Source: Lingula anatina
Lineage: Eukaryota > Animalia > Brachiopoda
DNA: 64,000 bases
Direction of reading: 5' to 3'
Assembly: GCA_051362555.1 (NCBI GenBank)
Contig: CM120644.1
Coordinates: forward strand, 8,874,954-8,938,953
The notes under the pieces were generated by a model, which had not been told where the DNA came from, did no database searches, and was given only the letters and a program-made list of their open reading frames with translations. The translations under genes and the position numbers were made by a program. Below, piece after piece: positions 29,460 through 42,676 of the stretch (position 1 is its first letter; every line of letters starts with the position of its first letter).

Positions 29460-30884
29460 CAGGGCTAGACACTAACTTTTATGAGCACCTGTCCTTCGGA
29501 CAGGTGATCATAAATTTGACCTGTCCGATTTTCAATCCAACCTGTCCACAAAACCAATAATTTTTTTTTTTATTCATACCTTTGAACTTTGTCAATTAAT
29601 ATGTGTAGTCATACATTTAATGTATTTATTACCGACACATTCAATCATATGAGCCCCGAAAATGCACCTTAAAGTGAATTTATGTTCAGATAAAAAGTTG
29701 TTTTTTCATACTTGTGAACTCCTGAAGATTTAATCTTGCATATAAGTCTAATATTTATTTAGTTCCAATCAGGGCTTCTCCTAGGATTTGGGGTACAGGG
29801 TTTACTAATTGTAAGTCTGCAATTTGATAACAGATTCACATGAAGTTTAACCAAAGCTAAAAAAAAAAAAAAAAAAAACCTGAGCGGGAATTGGGGAGGT
29901 GGTACTGTTAAATTAATTTTATTAAAATATTCAATATTTAAAATATTTGAATAAAGTTCAATGAAAATTAAAGAATATTCATGTTATAATACTTTATAAT
30001 ACCTTACTTATATTTATATTTACTTATATTTACTTCTTAAGGGGTTATCATGTGTTTGATTTTTAAAAAATATATGAATTAAATAAAATCAGTATAAAAA
30101 ACTTCCCCTTCTTTTTATTTAAATTCTCATATTTGTTATTACTAATTTCTTCCTTACATCAATATCACACTGGTATATGAGAGCAATGTTAATTTATCAT
30201 ATTCCAGCACTAAATTTTAAACTGTAAATAACAGAGGTGATAATAGAGTCATTAAAAAAAACATCATACAAAATTTCTGGTTATATCTTGGCAAATAAAC
30301 AACATTTCAACAAGATCTTCAATCCCAAAGATTTCACTTTCTATAGTGAGTAGATCGCATACTAGTAGGTATTTGATTGACAGGCAGTATGTTGCCTTGA
30401 CAACGAACTAGATATAGCCTGTTCATCCAGTCCAATCTGGTTTTGTAACCAGGCAGCACTGTACTCGCATAGTTTCTGTTTTTGGAAGGGTCTTTATTAC
30501 TAGAGCACGTAGGATTTTTAACTAAATAAATGTTCAGTATTGAACCTGATATGTGAATAAATTTTGTCTGATGAAGTCCTGGAGGGTGTTCACTTTCATA
30601 ATTTGGCGGTAAGTTTGCTCAGAACACTTGCATAATTTGGCGGTAAGTTTGCTCAGACTTCGTTTTGCGACTGCATGTGTTTTGTGCCAAAAGTAGGTCA
30701 CTCTTTTTAATGCCGTCTAGGAAGAGGCAAAAAGACATTAGTATGCAACAAAAATGATTTTTTAAAGATTTTTGCTCCACATTTCTCATAAAACATGACC
30801 TGTCCGTCGGACAGCCAACCCTGCAACTTCACCTGTCCGAACTGAATTTTTACCTGTCCCGGACAGGCGGACAGGCGCTAGTGT
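29460..30884. mobile_element. Decayed hAT-like non-autonomous DNA transposon
   Basis: Left end CAGGGCTAGACACTAAC. ACCTGTCC/GGACAGG subterminal repeats are clustered at both ends (29487-29547, 30798-30876). The right end retains only part of the TIR (gctagtgt). Confidence 0.55.
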
Positions 30885-31349
30885 GGTATTGCTAAATTGA
30901 CTACCAAACATCTGAAATGGGAGCTTAAACGTCTATAATGAGATTTCTTTTTTTAAGCAGGAGTTTAATAATTTTGCAGAGTCCTGGTTTCTAAAATAAA
31001 AAAGTAAAATATGTATGCCTTGCTTTAATAGTCTGTCAGTGATCAATACGCAATACTAGTACTAGTAAGCAAATTCATCAAGTCAAAAAAAAAAACAAGG
31101 CAGCAAAGCTGTCAAATGTACAGACAAAAAGCAGGAAATAACAAAATAGGCTACTGTCAATTCTGATGCAAAAGTACATTATGTTAAACTGCAAATTCAA
31201 CATCAAATTCTAATTATGCTCAACAGGTAATACCAATGTAAGTAAAATGTGTAACAAACGTAAGGCTTCAGGCCCATGGGAGTTCAAGTTCATCCTTTGA
31301 AAATGTAAAACTTCCAGAAAAAGAAGTCAATTAGACTGCTTTTCCAACT

Positions 31350-31935
31350 CATGCTCCATTTTAGTCCTGTATTTCTTTTTTGAAAGTTTGGCAATCATAA
31401 GTAACATGGTTTTCCCATAATGGTCATCATGGCAGCAGCACCCAAATTGTGTTTTCTTCTATTCTGATGCAATATTACATAATGGTTACCAGCATAATGA
31501 CAATCAATTTTTAATAATAAAATATACGTATCATGGATTTTCAGAAAATGTGACAAGCATGGGTCTTCAAGCCTGTGGAACTTCAAAGTCACACCTTGAA
31601 AATGCCAATATGTGAAAAATTAAAATTTCACAAAAAAAAAACTGTTTAACTGGCAGATTGCATTGCCTACTGAAGCTATATTTTAGTCCCATGTTTCTTT
31701 CCTGTAAGTTTGAGAACAGTAAGTGACATGGTTTTTCTTAAATGGTCATCATGGGAGCAGTGCCCAAAATAGGTTTTTTTCAAATTTTGATGCAATATTA
31801 CATAATGTTTAACAGCATAATGACCATCAATTTTTAATAATAAAATATTAGTATCATGGATATTCAGAAAATGTGACTAGCAAAGGTCTTCAGGCCCATG
31901 GAACTTCAAAGTCACAACTTGAAAATGCCAAAATG
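31350..31935. repeat. ~320-bp diverged tandem duplication
   Basis: aatggtcatcatgg.agcag..cccaaa...gcaatattacataatg...cagaaaatgtgac...ggaacttcaaagtcaca.cttgaaaatgccaa is repeated at ~31420-31610 and ~31740-31930. Confidence 0.8.
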
Positions 31936-32329
31936 TAAACAAGACAGCACTGTTCTGAAATGTTTTTTTTTCCATTTTTAACAATTTTTAACATAAAACA
32001 AATTTAACAGTTTACTGCCATTTTTATATGATCAACTAAAAAAATTGATTGGGAAAAGTATCAATAGAACAGTGTTAAATGTCCAATTTCTTCCATTCTG
32101 AGATTCTGAACATAGTGAATGATTGAATCTGACAAACTGCAATGATATGAGTTTATTTCCATTTTTGAAACTTTATTACACAATACACGATAACAAGTTT
32201 ACCATCATTTTTACAAAATCAACTAACAATGTTGTAAAGATGCAGGAAATGTCAAACAAAAACTTTTACGGATCTTATTAGTTTAATAATGAGACTGTTA
32301 ACATACCTAAGAATTGAATCTGAGGAAAT

Positions 32330-32580
32330 GTGAAAAATATGCTGAAAAGTGAAAAAACAGCATAACTTCTACAATAATGGCCCGATCATGCTGATTTTCG
32401 AACTTGACCTGCGTTTTATGAATATTCATCAGCTCTGTAAATATAAAGCCAAAAAGCAAAACTGCCCTCCACTTATCGTGTTTACAAGGAAAGTGCACGG
32501 CGCCGCCATCGCCATTGGCGACGACAGACGCAGGTGATGGCAATATGTACAGACACATCTGTGTCTGTACATAAAAAATT
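32330..32580 (+). mobile_element. 3' end of a Helentron/DINE-like non-autonomous element
   Basis: Perfect 14-bp hairpin tatgtacagacaca-tc-tgtgtctgtacata (32544-32573) followed by an A-run, preceded by gacagacg and ttgacct motifs typical of such invertebrate elements. Confidence 0.5.
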
Positions 32581-33071
32581 AAGTAATTGTTAGACATATT
32601 TTTGTGATAAACACCAAAGGTGAGTATGAATTAAGAAATAAAGTTGAGATCCTTTTGTTTTTTGTTTATTATCCAAGGCATTATTGCCAACCTTGCATCA
32701 TTTACAATAACCTGTTTTTCACCATGCAGTAACTGTACTACAGGTAGCTAGTAGTACATGTGCATGTGCATAATTATAGTATCCAAGCGTAAATATTGCG
32801 TGCTCCCTATTTTTTAGAATGACAATGCCTGATAGCATGACAGTAACAAACAATCTACCTCGTTTATTTACTTTATATCTTTACAGCAACATTCACTTGG
32901 ACACTGAGTCGATCGGTACTCTAGAAATGCCGCCCTTTGTTTATACTAACCGATCAATCGTTGTCTTTTTTATTTCACCCTGCACAGTGAAAATTATCTG
33001 TGTATTTTAACAAACTGATTTCTTGGATAATCCATATAAGTGTAAGTTTTAAATGAAGGTAGTTTGCTTAC

Positions 33072-33160
33072 CTAGTTTAGGAGAATGTGAGTAAAATTTC
33101 TGCTCTCTTTCGGTTTTGGACTGGCGGGAGCTTGATATTTTCGCGCGGTTGACGTCATCG
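33072..33160 (-). promoter_or_regulatory. Probable SLC28 non-coding first exon and core promoter
   Basis: Donor ctag|GTaagc at 33071. CpG-rich patch with GGCGGGA (33123), TTTCGCGC E2F-type site (33139-33146) and palindromic CRE TGACGTCA (33150-33157). Confidence 0.55.
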
Positions 33161-33866
33161 AAGCACCTGACTGCATCGCTAGGAGTCCGTCCAAGACAAG
33201 CTTAGAACTGTGTGGACAAATTACGATATGCGTGTTATTTTCTCATTCTATACTGCTCGCTATGCTACACAATAACGTTTGATGTAAAGTTTTGTTATAA
33301 TTCTATCGAGAAATATGCATTTGCTGTGGTTATTAGTATCACGTTTGTTTGAATAAAATCAGCATCTTTTTTTATTCCAAGTTTAATGCTACATATTTCA
33401 TACCTTTTCAAAAATGGGTTCTGATGTTATTGACAAAATGAGCACAAATATCGTCTAAAATTGAATCGCAAAGCATTTTAGTGTATTTACAAGCAGGAAG
33501 AGATTTTTGATTAATTGAAGGTTATACTCCCTATTTCCAAAGCAATGCTGATACAACCGGGTGCACCTGGCCAGGAAACAATGAATGGGAATGTGACGAG
33601 TTATAGGGCCTACTGTAGGTATATGTTTGTTTGTAAATTGTTTATGTTTATTTAAGTGACCTGTGCTCTAATGAAATATACATGTATTCACCATCCAGTC
33701 GAATAGTTTATAATAATAATAACAATAATAATAATAATAATAATAAATAAAACGTTATAAATAAAATAAATAAATCAAGTAAAATTTAAGAAATAAAAAG
33801 AAACGTGGGCGTGTCAACACATTACACAACTTTATTTGTCGCTGAAACCATTTTTTGCACAACATA

Positions 33867-35532
33867 CAGACTTGACATTTAATATGGAATATTTTTTTCC
33901 AAATCATTTTTCTTCAGTTTTTTTCCGATTTTACTGACTGATAAATGAAAATAAGGATTAAAATCATGTTTTGATAACTTTTTATTATCTCTTTGATGTC
34001 ATTGTGAAATCAGTTCATTAATGGAATTCGCCAGAGAAGCAAACAAAAACACATTGTCTATTCTATGTCATACGACGACCATTGAAAGAGATATTTTGGA
34101 TCTCCATATTTTCCAAATTATTGTCTGTAAAAGAGTTACACGCTCCACAAAGGACCCTCATGTCAGTGTCTAGTCACAGGAGAGGTCGCTGTTACGCCTG
34201 ACCTCTTCTGGCTGCTACCAGCGCTCTCAAGTGGCAAGGCATTCCTTGGTATAGGTTTTTAGAGTTCAATCTGGAATAATATTCCAGGCATCGGTCAAAG
34301 TCAGTCCAATCTGGTCCAGTTTTGCTGTAGGACATGTAGGCCATTGATTCAGCGAGTAATGGCCTACCCACATATTGTCTATGTGGTTCAAATACGGCGA
34401 TTTTGATGACTTACATGTAGGTAGCTGCTGACTCCCTTGGTTCTGTAAGTAATCTGCTATTAAAAGTGATCTGTGTGAACCGGCAATCTCACCGTGCAAC
34501 CTAAAATTGTTCTTAAGTTCCCCCTATCAAATGATAGTCGAGTGGTTCCCAGATTATTCCTTTATTTGATCTGGTTCAGGTTTTCGTCTATGACTACCAT
34601 TGGTGTTTTGGCACCAATGTGGTATCCACCCCAAATACTGACACTGTTAATGACCTTAGTCACTTTAGACGCGGCACACGCTTCGTCGTTGGCCTCTTCT
34701 GGATGTCTGAAAGCTCTGTTTTGACTAATTGAGCGGTACAGGTGAAATCTGACCTCATTAAAGAAAACCACAAGGTTTCAGTGTTCAGCCCAGAAACGGC
34801 CAAGGTCCCCAATTCATTAGAGAAACATAAAACGATGTTTTGCTGTTTACAGTGGGTTCCTCGGAAGTCGTCTGGTATTCTAACCTGCTAAAACCAGTTT
34901 GGTGTTCGTTATTGGCCTTGAAAAGTGCGTTTTGGTGGCAATTTACCCCTCATTCTGAACGGACTGGGCGTTTTTTGTTTAGTTGCAACAGCATATCCCG
35001 AAAGACAGTGGGTCCTGTACCCTGGTGGTACGATTTCAATACAGTGGGTGTGGCCTCTGTGTAGGAACATCAGTCTGGGCATTACTCCATCAAACTTTGC
35101 GGACCGTTTTGTTTGGCGCAATTATCTGTCTGGCAATGTCTGTCTTTTTCGCGCCATTCTGCCACAGGTTAACACATTTGTAAAGCACTGCATAGCTCAT
35201 TGTACACACTGCAAAACCGACCACTTGCATACAAAATTTCAAATTCATCTATGCAGTAGTTGCCGACATATGGATACTTTTTAAAAGAACCTTACTTTGC
35301 CTAAGCCAAGCTTTGACCTGCCCAAAGGAGCACTACCCAATTAAATCACTGCATATTACATAACGCAGCAGCGCAACAAACCTGGTATTCACTTAATTGG
35401 TAGCGACACACCTGACTACACACTTCTCCATTCACATACTTTATATGAGATCGGAATTTTTTGAAAAAAGAACGCATTTTTACCTAGGCATACCTTTGAA
35501 ACAGAAATATTCCATATTAAATGTCAAGTCTG
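33867..35532 (-). mobile_element. Tc1/mariner DNA transposon, full-length but with degenerate transposase
   Basis: Perfect 28-bp TIRs CAGACTTGACATTTAATATGGAATATTT flanked by TA. The site is empty in paralogous units (e.g. ~42790). Transposase relics: VFFNEVRFHL (VLFSDESRF-like), SVSIWG, SKSPYLNHIDNMW (SPDLNPIENLW-like). Confidence 0.9.
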
Positions 35533-36272
35533 TATATTTCTCAACCATGAATTTTGTGTCAAAGCTAGGCAATATCATTATCCATAGAATTCAGCCCATA
35601 AAAATTACGAAAACAGGACAAATGGAGTTATATTTTTTTGAATATCTATTTAATTTATTATTTTTAATTTGATTTATTTTTTATTTTTATTTATTTATTT
35701 TATAATTATTGTCATTATTATTTTTTGCTTTATGATGATGACGATTCGACCAAAATTAGTTCCTGAAGCCTATTTCAGTTAATATGCTAATATTTTTCGG
35801 CAATTGAACTACCGCTGAACGGTTGAAACTAAACTTTAAATCATGAATAATTTCAATTTATAAACATAATTATTATAACGAAGCAAAAAAAAAAATATAT
35901 ATATATAATAATAATAACAGCTATTGTAAAAGGACATTTCTTCATGCATATATGCATTATCAGATTAAAACAGAACCCATGCTGGAAAATAAGTTAAATC
36001 ACTCTTGAATTTTCCCTCGCCAATAAAAAAAGCATGATAAAGTATATAAAGTTTACCACATAAAATATTACTTTTTCTGCCCTTGGTACATGCGTATGGT
36101 AAGTCTAAATAAGCATACAGTTATAGATTATAAATAATAACACTTTCTATAACGTGCAATTATCGTTTGTCTGCCTTGTATTTTCTGTCTATGCCTAACC
36201 CGCTAAATATTTCTAAAAAGAATTAATTGCAATTACAATGCTCTAAAATCAGAACGCTTTGATTGAAACAAA

Positions 36273-37814
36273 TTATTCATTTGTGTTTTTCTGGATAGTA
36301 ATATAACAAGTATTCACTGGAAAGCACCACATTCCCTCACTGTCAAGGTACAGGCCATGTCTATATCCGTCAGTCTTCACGTAATCCATGCTGAACTGGA
36401 GAATACGTTGATCAAACGAAGACCGGTCTACACACAACCCATGTAGACATCCGATAGAGATTGCAGTTCCAACCTCCGCTAGGGTCGGTAAAACAATGTA
36501 GTGGAGAACTTCTTCCTGCTGAATTGAAGCCTTAAACATTGGAAATGACGCATTTATCACATCCGCAATACCGCCACCAAGGAGAAGGTTTCGCCAGACT
36601 TCAAAGAGCAACTTGTGATTTTCCGTCTAGTACCCTGTCCTGTAGGTGTTGTGGATAAGCTCTTTTGGTTTTCAAATCTTGTACAGACTGTCCATAGTAA
36701 TCTTGAAATGGCCTGGAACAAGCAATATCAATAGACGCATTGCTCATATTCTCAATAAACTCCTAATATTTTCTCAGAGAATCCTCGTGTGGTTCCTCCA
36801 CGCTGATGACCATTTGCTTATTAAGGTCGTCCAGTTTTCTGTAGATAGGCGCCATTGTTTCTCCTGTACCGCCTCCAAAGTCCATGATACGTACTGGTGA
36901 AGGTGTCTCCGATTGACTGAGTATGTCCCACAATTTGCTTTCCATGCTTTGCCCGAGAAACTTTCTCCTGCTCTCGTATCTTCTGGAAGTAGAATGCAAA
37001 GTGATAAGGAACATGTAAACAAAAACATACTCTTACATAGTTTTACCTGTAAACTTATTTTGTTGCCAAAATACGTGAATAAACATTCCTATCTAACTCG
37101 AAACTAGTAAATTTGAACTCTTGGATCGTTTTATTCCAAGAGTGTCAAGATAAATTTAGCAACATACATTGGGTATCTGATATTACTATGGGCTATGGCG
37201 GTAAATTTTAAATATACTTTTTGCTTGCAATTTAACGTACATTACATATAGAAAAGAAATCAGAGAATGCAGAACTCTTCCGAGACAGCATTAATATTCA
37301 TACTAAATTAATTACCTCTATTTCCGTTATTATAAATGTTTATTTACTAATTTAATTATATCAACAATTAAATGTGTGTGTGTCATTTAGTACTGTGGTT
37401 TGGTCTAAGAGGTCAATTATGTGACATGTGGCCTTAAAAATATGATCTTAGAAAAAAAAACCCGGGGTATAAGGTAGTTCCCGTATCTTTGAATATCTTC
37501 ATAAAATTACAAATGTTTTTCGGTAGTTAAACTTGTCTAAATGATAGTTTTCATCTTTCTGGAAATGTGTATGAATGCAATGCAAAATATGAATAAAAGA
37601 ACCACATACAGGGTACCAAAATCTTATCTTGTCGAGTCATAGTTTGTCACTATGTTCTCTCACAACAGTTTAAAATGTCATATCAGTTTAAGTTAACGTC
37701 ATATATTAAGCAATAAATCAATAACTTACCCTCTTTGAGTAAGGTAAGATACATTTTGTAGTAGGCCTGTGAGAAAGTAACAGAATTGAATTCCTGCAGA
37801 AGTGCATGCCGCAT
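36273..37814 (-). pseudogene. HNMT-like SAM methyltransferase copy 1, pseudogene
   Basis: Exon 1 37814-37730 has a 2-nt insertion changing the phase. Exon 2 36982-36273 has a ~200-bp deletion at ~36628 and a further frameshift. RIMDFGGGTG and VEEPH are retained. Confidence 0.85.
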
Positions 37815-38784
37815 TTTGTTCTCTTTATATATATTCACCCAGTTTTAGAAAAGATGCAGCCAAGTAAATTAGAATCAGCCCAAAACTCGACGATCCTATT
37901 TTCACAACTAACTCCAGCGGTCTGGTGACACCAGTAAGTTTCTGCCATTGAGAATATTATAAAGCAGGACGGTTAAACACAACTTTTGTAAATACTGGAA
38001 TTTCGAATGGTAACAAGCTAAAGTAAATTTATGCTGGTTTGCCGGTAGACTAAAAAGCTATACATTTTACTTGTGATCGATTTATCTATAATTATCTTTG
38101 AACCATATTATTCAAGAAAATTGACTAAATCTGTAAGGAGAATATGTTATGTGAATTTGTATACTTTCTAGGGAAAATACGGTACCAAGTTTTAGCCATG
38201 ACGCAAAGCCCCTTGAGTTAAAGTTTAAATATGTATAAAAACATCCTTACGACATGTCTAATTTACCATGACTGAACCACTACAAAATATACCTGGATGC
38301 GGTAGAAAAATTAAAATGATCCGGAACATACGTTACACTTAGGGCTCTTTGCAAAATGTAAAAGACGTGGTACAAATTAAAATTTGAATTTAAATTGAGG
38401 CAGTCGTGGGTTTTTGTTCAATACACATGCATGTTTTAAAGAATTGAATACAACTTTGAATTCATTCAATTTTATTTTTTGACACTGTGAAATGCATCTC
38501 TATATTGGGTTTGGGTGTATATATATCGTGTTATTTTCTGTACTGCTCGCTATGCTAGAGAATCACGTCTGATGTAAAGTTTTGTTATAATTCTATCGAC
38601 AAATATGCGTTTGGTACAGTATGGTTATGAGTATCACGTTTGTTTTAATTAAATCATCATCTCTTTTTTTTTTTCATTTTAAGTTTGTTAATACATTTCA
38701 CGTCGTTTCAAAATTCGGTTCTGACGTTATAAACTAAATGGGAAAAAATTGTCTCAAATTGTAGGCCTATCGCAAAGCATTTTT

Positions 38785-41700
38785 ATGGAAGCGTATAAGT
38801 GCCACAACACACAACAAAATCACTCAACACACAACACAATTTTAACACGACACATTTAACTTCCCGACACAACACCAAAGAAAATCGCAACACAACACAT
38901 TAACTTCTCGACACAACGGAAATAGATGGCGCTTTCGGCGCGGACGTCTTGGAAAAGCCGCGAAAACCCACAGAACGATTCTGTAAATGTTTCCTTATTT
39001 TCTCAAGGCATTTATAATAATGTGTCACTTTGGGGTCCCGGAAAAGCGCACTTTTAAAAACATTGTACTACAGAGAAGTTTTAATATCAGATAATTTGTT
39101 GTGAATGTTGCATATTCTATGCTGTGTGTTTGTGTGTGTGCGTGTGTGTGTGTGTGTGTATTGAGGAGGGGGGGGGGGGGATTATTGATGTTGAGAGTAT
39201 TGAAACCGGAGGATATATTAGCTGGGGACAATCGGTGCGGATTTGACGGAAAATATAAGTGGAAAATTATGAAATTTTAGAAAATTTTCTTAACTTATAA
39301 ACAGTAACAGGTTCATTCAAATTATCAGCTGACCTGAAAAATAGTATACCGTGAATCTAAAACAAAAAAATAAACCCAAAATTACAGAAAATAATAATAA
39401 TTAATTAAAATTAAAAATAATAAAAATAATCTAAAAACTATAGCTAGTGTTCTAATTGTACTCAGACCGACCAATATCATATGTGACAATTTATACATTC
39501 AATGCACACCTGTACTTCATTAACTAGCATTTCATAGTAAATAGTAACACCGAACTTGTAATTTGACACATGAAGCGCTGAAGTTAGTGTCTAGTTTCTA
39601 GTTTCCAGTTTCATTTTTCAAAAACGAACCTGTCAACCAGAAACTAGTGTCGTTTTTCAAAAACGAACCTGGCAACCAGAAACTAGTTTCGTTTTTCAAA
39701 AACGATGCTGAGAAGCCAGAATAATTTTTGCGGAGAGAAACAGGGGTGAGCAGAGGGAGAGGCAACCAACGGTGTGCGTGTACCGCGACTAGGTAACTCT
39801 CACTGTGAAAGCCGGACAGGGCGTTACGGTCTCTCCTCGCCGTGCGCTGAGACCGAGACGGTCGCCGATCATTGCCTACGGTGCACAAGCAGCTTTCACC
39901 GCCGATGCCGGGCAGGGTATTCAGTGAGTTTTGGTTTTTTTCTCGCCGTGCACTGAAGACTAGATGACCGCCTCTACGAGGCACAGGCCGCCTTTACAGC
40001 GAAAACCGTGAAGGGTGTTTTGGTGGGGTTGGGGTTGGCGGAAGAGAGTGAAGGGGGAAGGGCCCCCAGGTTCTTCCTTTGTAGTTTGAGGTATCATTTT
40101 TAATTTTATTGAAAAAGAAAGTTTCTGGCTTTTCAGAATCGTTTTTTAAAAAAAGACACCTATTTCATTGACCGCTACCGTCTCGGTCTCAGCGCACGGC
40201 GAGAAGAGAACGTATAACACCCTTTCCAACTTCCGCAGAGAAGGTTACCTGGTCACGGTAGACTTTAATCGCGCGTTGCCTCTACTCTGTCCACTCCTGT
40301 TTCTCCCCGTAAAAAAACTATTCTGGCTTCTTAGAATCGTTTTTGAAGAACGAAACTAGTTTCTGGTTGCCAGAATCGTTTTTTAAAAAAAACGACACTG
40401 CTTTTTGGGCATCTAACCCAACCTAACCCTCAACCCCGCCTTCTCCCACCAACCTAAACACCCTGCAAGGCTTCCGCAGTGAACACTACTTGTGCACTGT
40501 AGACGCTTATCAGAGGGCGTCTCCGTCTCACCACACGGCGCTGAGAGTTCGTAACACATTGCCCAGCTTCCGAGATGAGAGTTACCTGGTTGCGGTAGCA
40601 TGCCGGTTGCCTTTCCCTCTGTCCACCCCTTACCTGCTTTTCTTTGCAAAAACAATTCTGGCTTCTCTCAGAATCGTTTTTGAAAAGCGACACTACTTTC
40701 TAGTTGCCAGAATCGTTTTTCGAAAAACGACACTCGTTTCTGGTTGCCAGAATCGTTTTCGAAAAACGACACTGGTTTCTCGGCATCAGAACCCTTTTCA
40801 AAAATGCAATAAAATTAAAAAATTATATTTCAAACTTCAAAGGGAGTCCCCGGGGGGCCCTTCCCCCTCTTCAACCTCACCCTTATTCCCCCACCCCCAC
40901 CCCCACTTCCCGGCTTCCGCTGTGCAGGCTGACTGTGACTGGTACAGACGGTCAACTCGGCCTTCCAGCGCGGCAAGGAAAGACCGTAACACCGTAAACA
41001 CCCTAGCAAGCTTCTGCGATGAGGGTTGCCCGTACCCCGTAGGCAATAATCGGCGACCGTCTCGGTCTCAGCGCACGTCGAAGAGATACCGTAAGAACAT
41101 GCCCGGCTTTCGCGATGAGGGTAATTACCTAGTCGCGGTATACTTGCTGCTGCTTGCTTCTCCCTCCGTCCACCCCTGTTTCTCTCCGCAAATACGATTT
41201 TGGCATCTCAGAATCGTTTTTGAAAAACGACACTAGTTTCTGGCTGCCAGAATCGTTTTTCGAAAAACGACACTGGTCTCTGGGCATCAGAAATGTTTTT
41301 GAAAAATTCAATAAAATTAAATATTATACTTCACTAGGTTCAAACTACCTAGTGAGATCCCGGGGAGTGGTGGGGCTTTTCCCCCTCCCCCCCCCTCTAA
41401 CCCCACCTAAACAATAGTTCAGCGGTGATTGCTACCTGTACGCCGTAGGAGATAACCGACTACCGTCTCGGTCTCAGCGCACGGTGAGGAGAGGCTTCTA
41501 CGGTGAGGGTTTAACTGGTCGCGGTAGAAAATAATATTCACAGGTTGCCTCTCACTTCCTCCGCCACTGTTTCTCTTTGCAAGAACGATTTTGGCTTCTC
41601 AGAATCTTTTTTGAAAAACGACACTAGTTTCTGGCTGCCAGAATCGTTTTTCGAAAAACGACTTTTTGAAAAACGAAACTTCAGCGCTCTATTTGACACT

Positions 41701-42089
41701 GCATACACTATTTGACATTTCCAAATTAAACTGAATAAAACAAAACTTGTTCCTGTGCTCACATGAATTGAAATTCCAATATTGTAACAGCCAGATAGAC
41801 TACATGTTATTTTTAACAGTATGTGATGTTTTTATGCTATTATCAATATATTAATTATATAGAACAGCCCTTGAGATTACATGCTTACAAGCATAAAGAG
41901 CAAAATTGCAAGTGTTAGAATACATTTACTGTACTAAATAATTTAGATAAGATACATTGCATTGATTATCAAATGTTTATGTTGCATTTACAATATTAGA
42001 ATTTCAATTTATGTGAGCACAGGAAAAAGTAACGATATATCCCCCGGCTTCAATACTCTCAACATCAATACCCCCCCCCCCGCCCTTCA

Positions 42090-42133
<44 letters not shown>

Positions 42134-42447
42134 CATAGAATATGCAACATTCACAACAGATTATCTTATATTAAAACTTCTCTGTAATACAATGTTTTCA
42201 AAAGTGACACATTATTATAAATGCCTTGAGAAAATAAGGAAACAATCACAGAATCGTTCTGTGGGTTTACGCGGCTTTTCCAAGACGTCCGCGCCGAAAG
42301 CGCCATCTATTTCCGTTGTGTCGAGAAGTTAATGTGTTGTGTTGCGATTTTCTTTGGTGTTGTGTCGAAAAGTTAAATGTGTCGTGTTGAAATTGTGTTG
42401 TGTGTTGAGTGATTTTGTTGTGTGTTGTGGCACTTATACGCTTCCAT
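38785..42447. mobile_element. Foldback-like non-autonomous DNA transposon with ~430-bp TIRs
   Basis: 38785-~39218 is the reverse complement of ~42035-42447 (ATGGAAGCGTATAAGTGCCACAAC...). Flanked by duplicated CATTTTT; the empty site cgcaaagCATTTTTgctgta is present in the paralog at ~60133-60152. Confidence 0.9.
39600..41680. repeat. GC-rich composite satellite inside the foldback element (one inverted plus ~4 direct units, with 38-bp palindromic subrepeats)
   Basis: Units share ccgtctcggtctcagcgcacgg and end in gaaTCGTTTTT(C)GAAAAACGAcactagtttctggttgcca. 39620-40115 is the reverse complement of the ~40806-41308 unit. Confidence 0.85.
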
Positions 42448-42641
42448 TCATTTTTGCTGTATCAACAAGCCAAAGGATATTTAACAGATTTAAGTTTATA
42501 TCTTCCTAGGTTTAATTTGCACGTAGCATTCACGATTAGGGCCTTATTTCCATCACCAACGCAACAATCCAACCGATGAAACACTGGATGGAAAAATGAC
42601 GAGTTATGCTTTAGATAAATATTCGCCATACAGTCGAACAG

Positions 42642-42676
<35 letters not shown>

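Noticed and set aside
40490-41236. 248-aa ORF and overlapping ORFs in the foldback interior
   Set aside because: Product of GC-rich repeats; sister units are not frame-conserved and no domain motifs were seen.
39620-41680. CRISPR-like array (38-bp palindromic repeats)
   Set aside because: The repeats are directly tandem or separated by homologous, not unique, sequence. There are no cas genes, and the context is a eukaryotic transposon.
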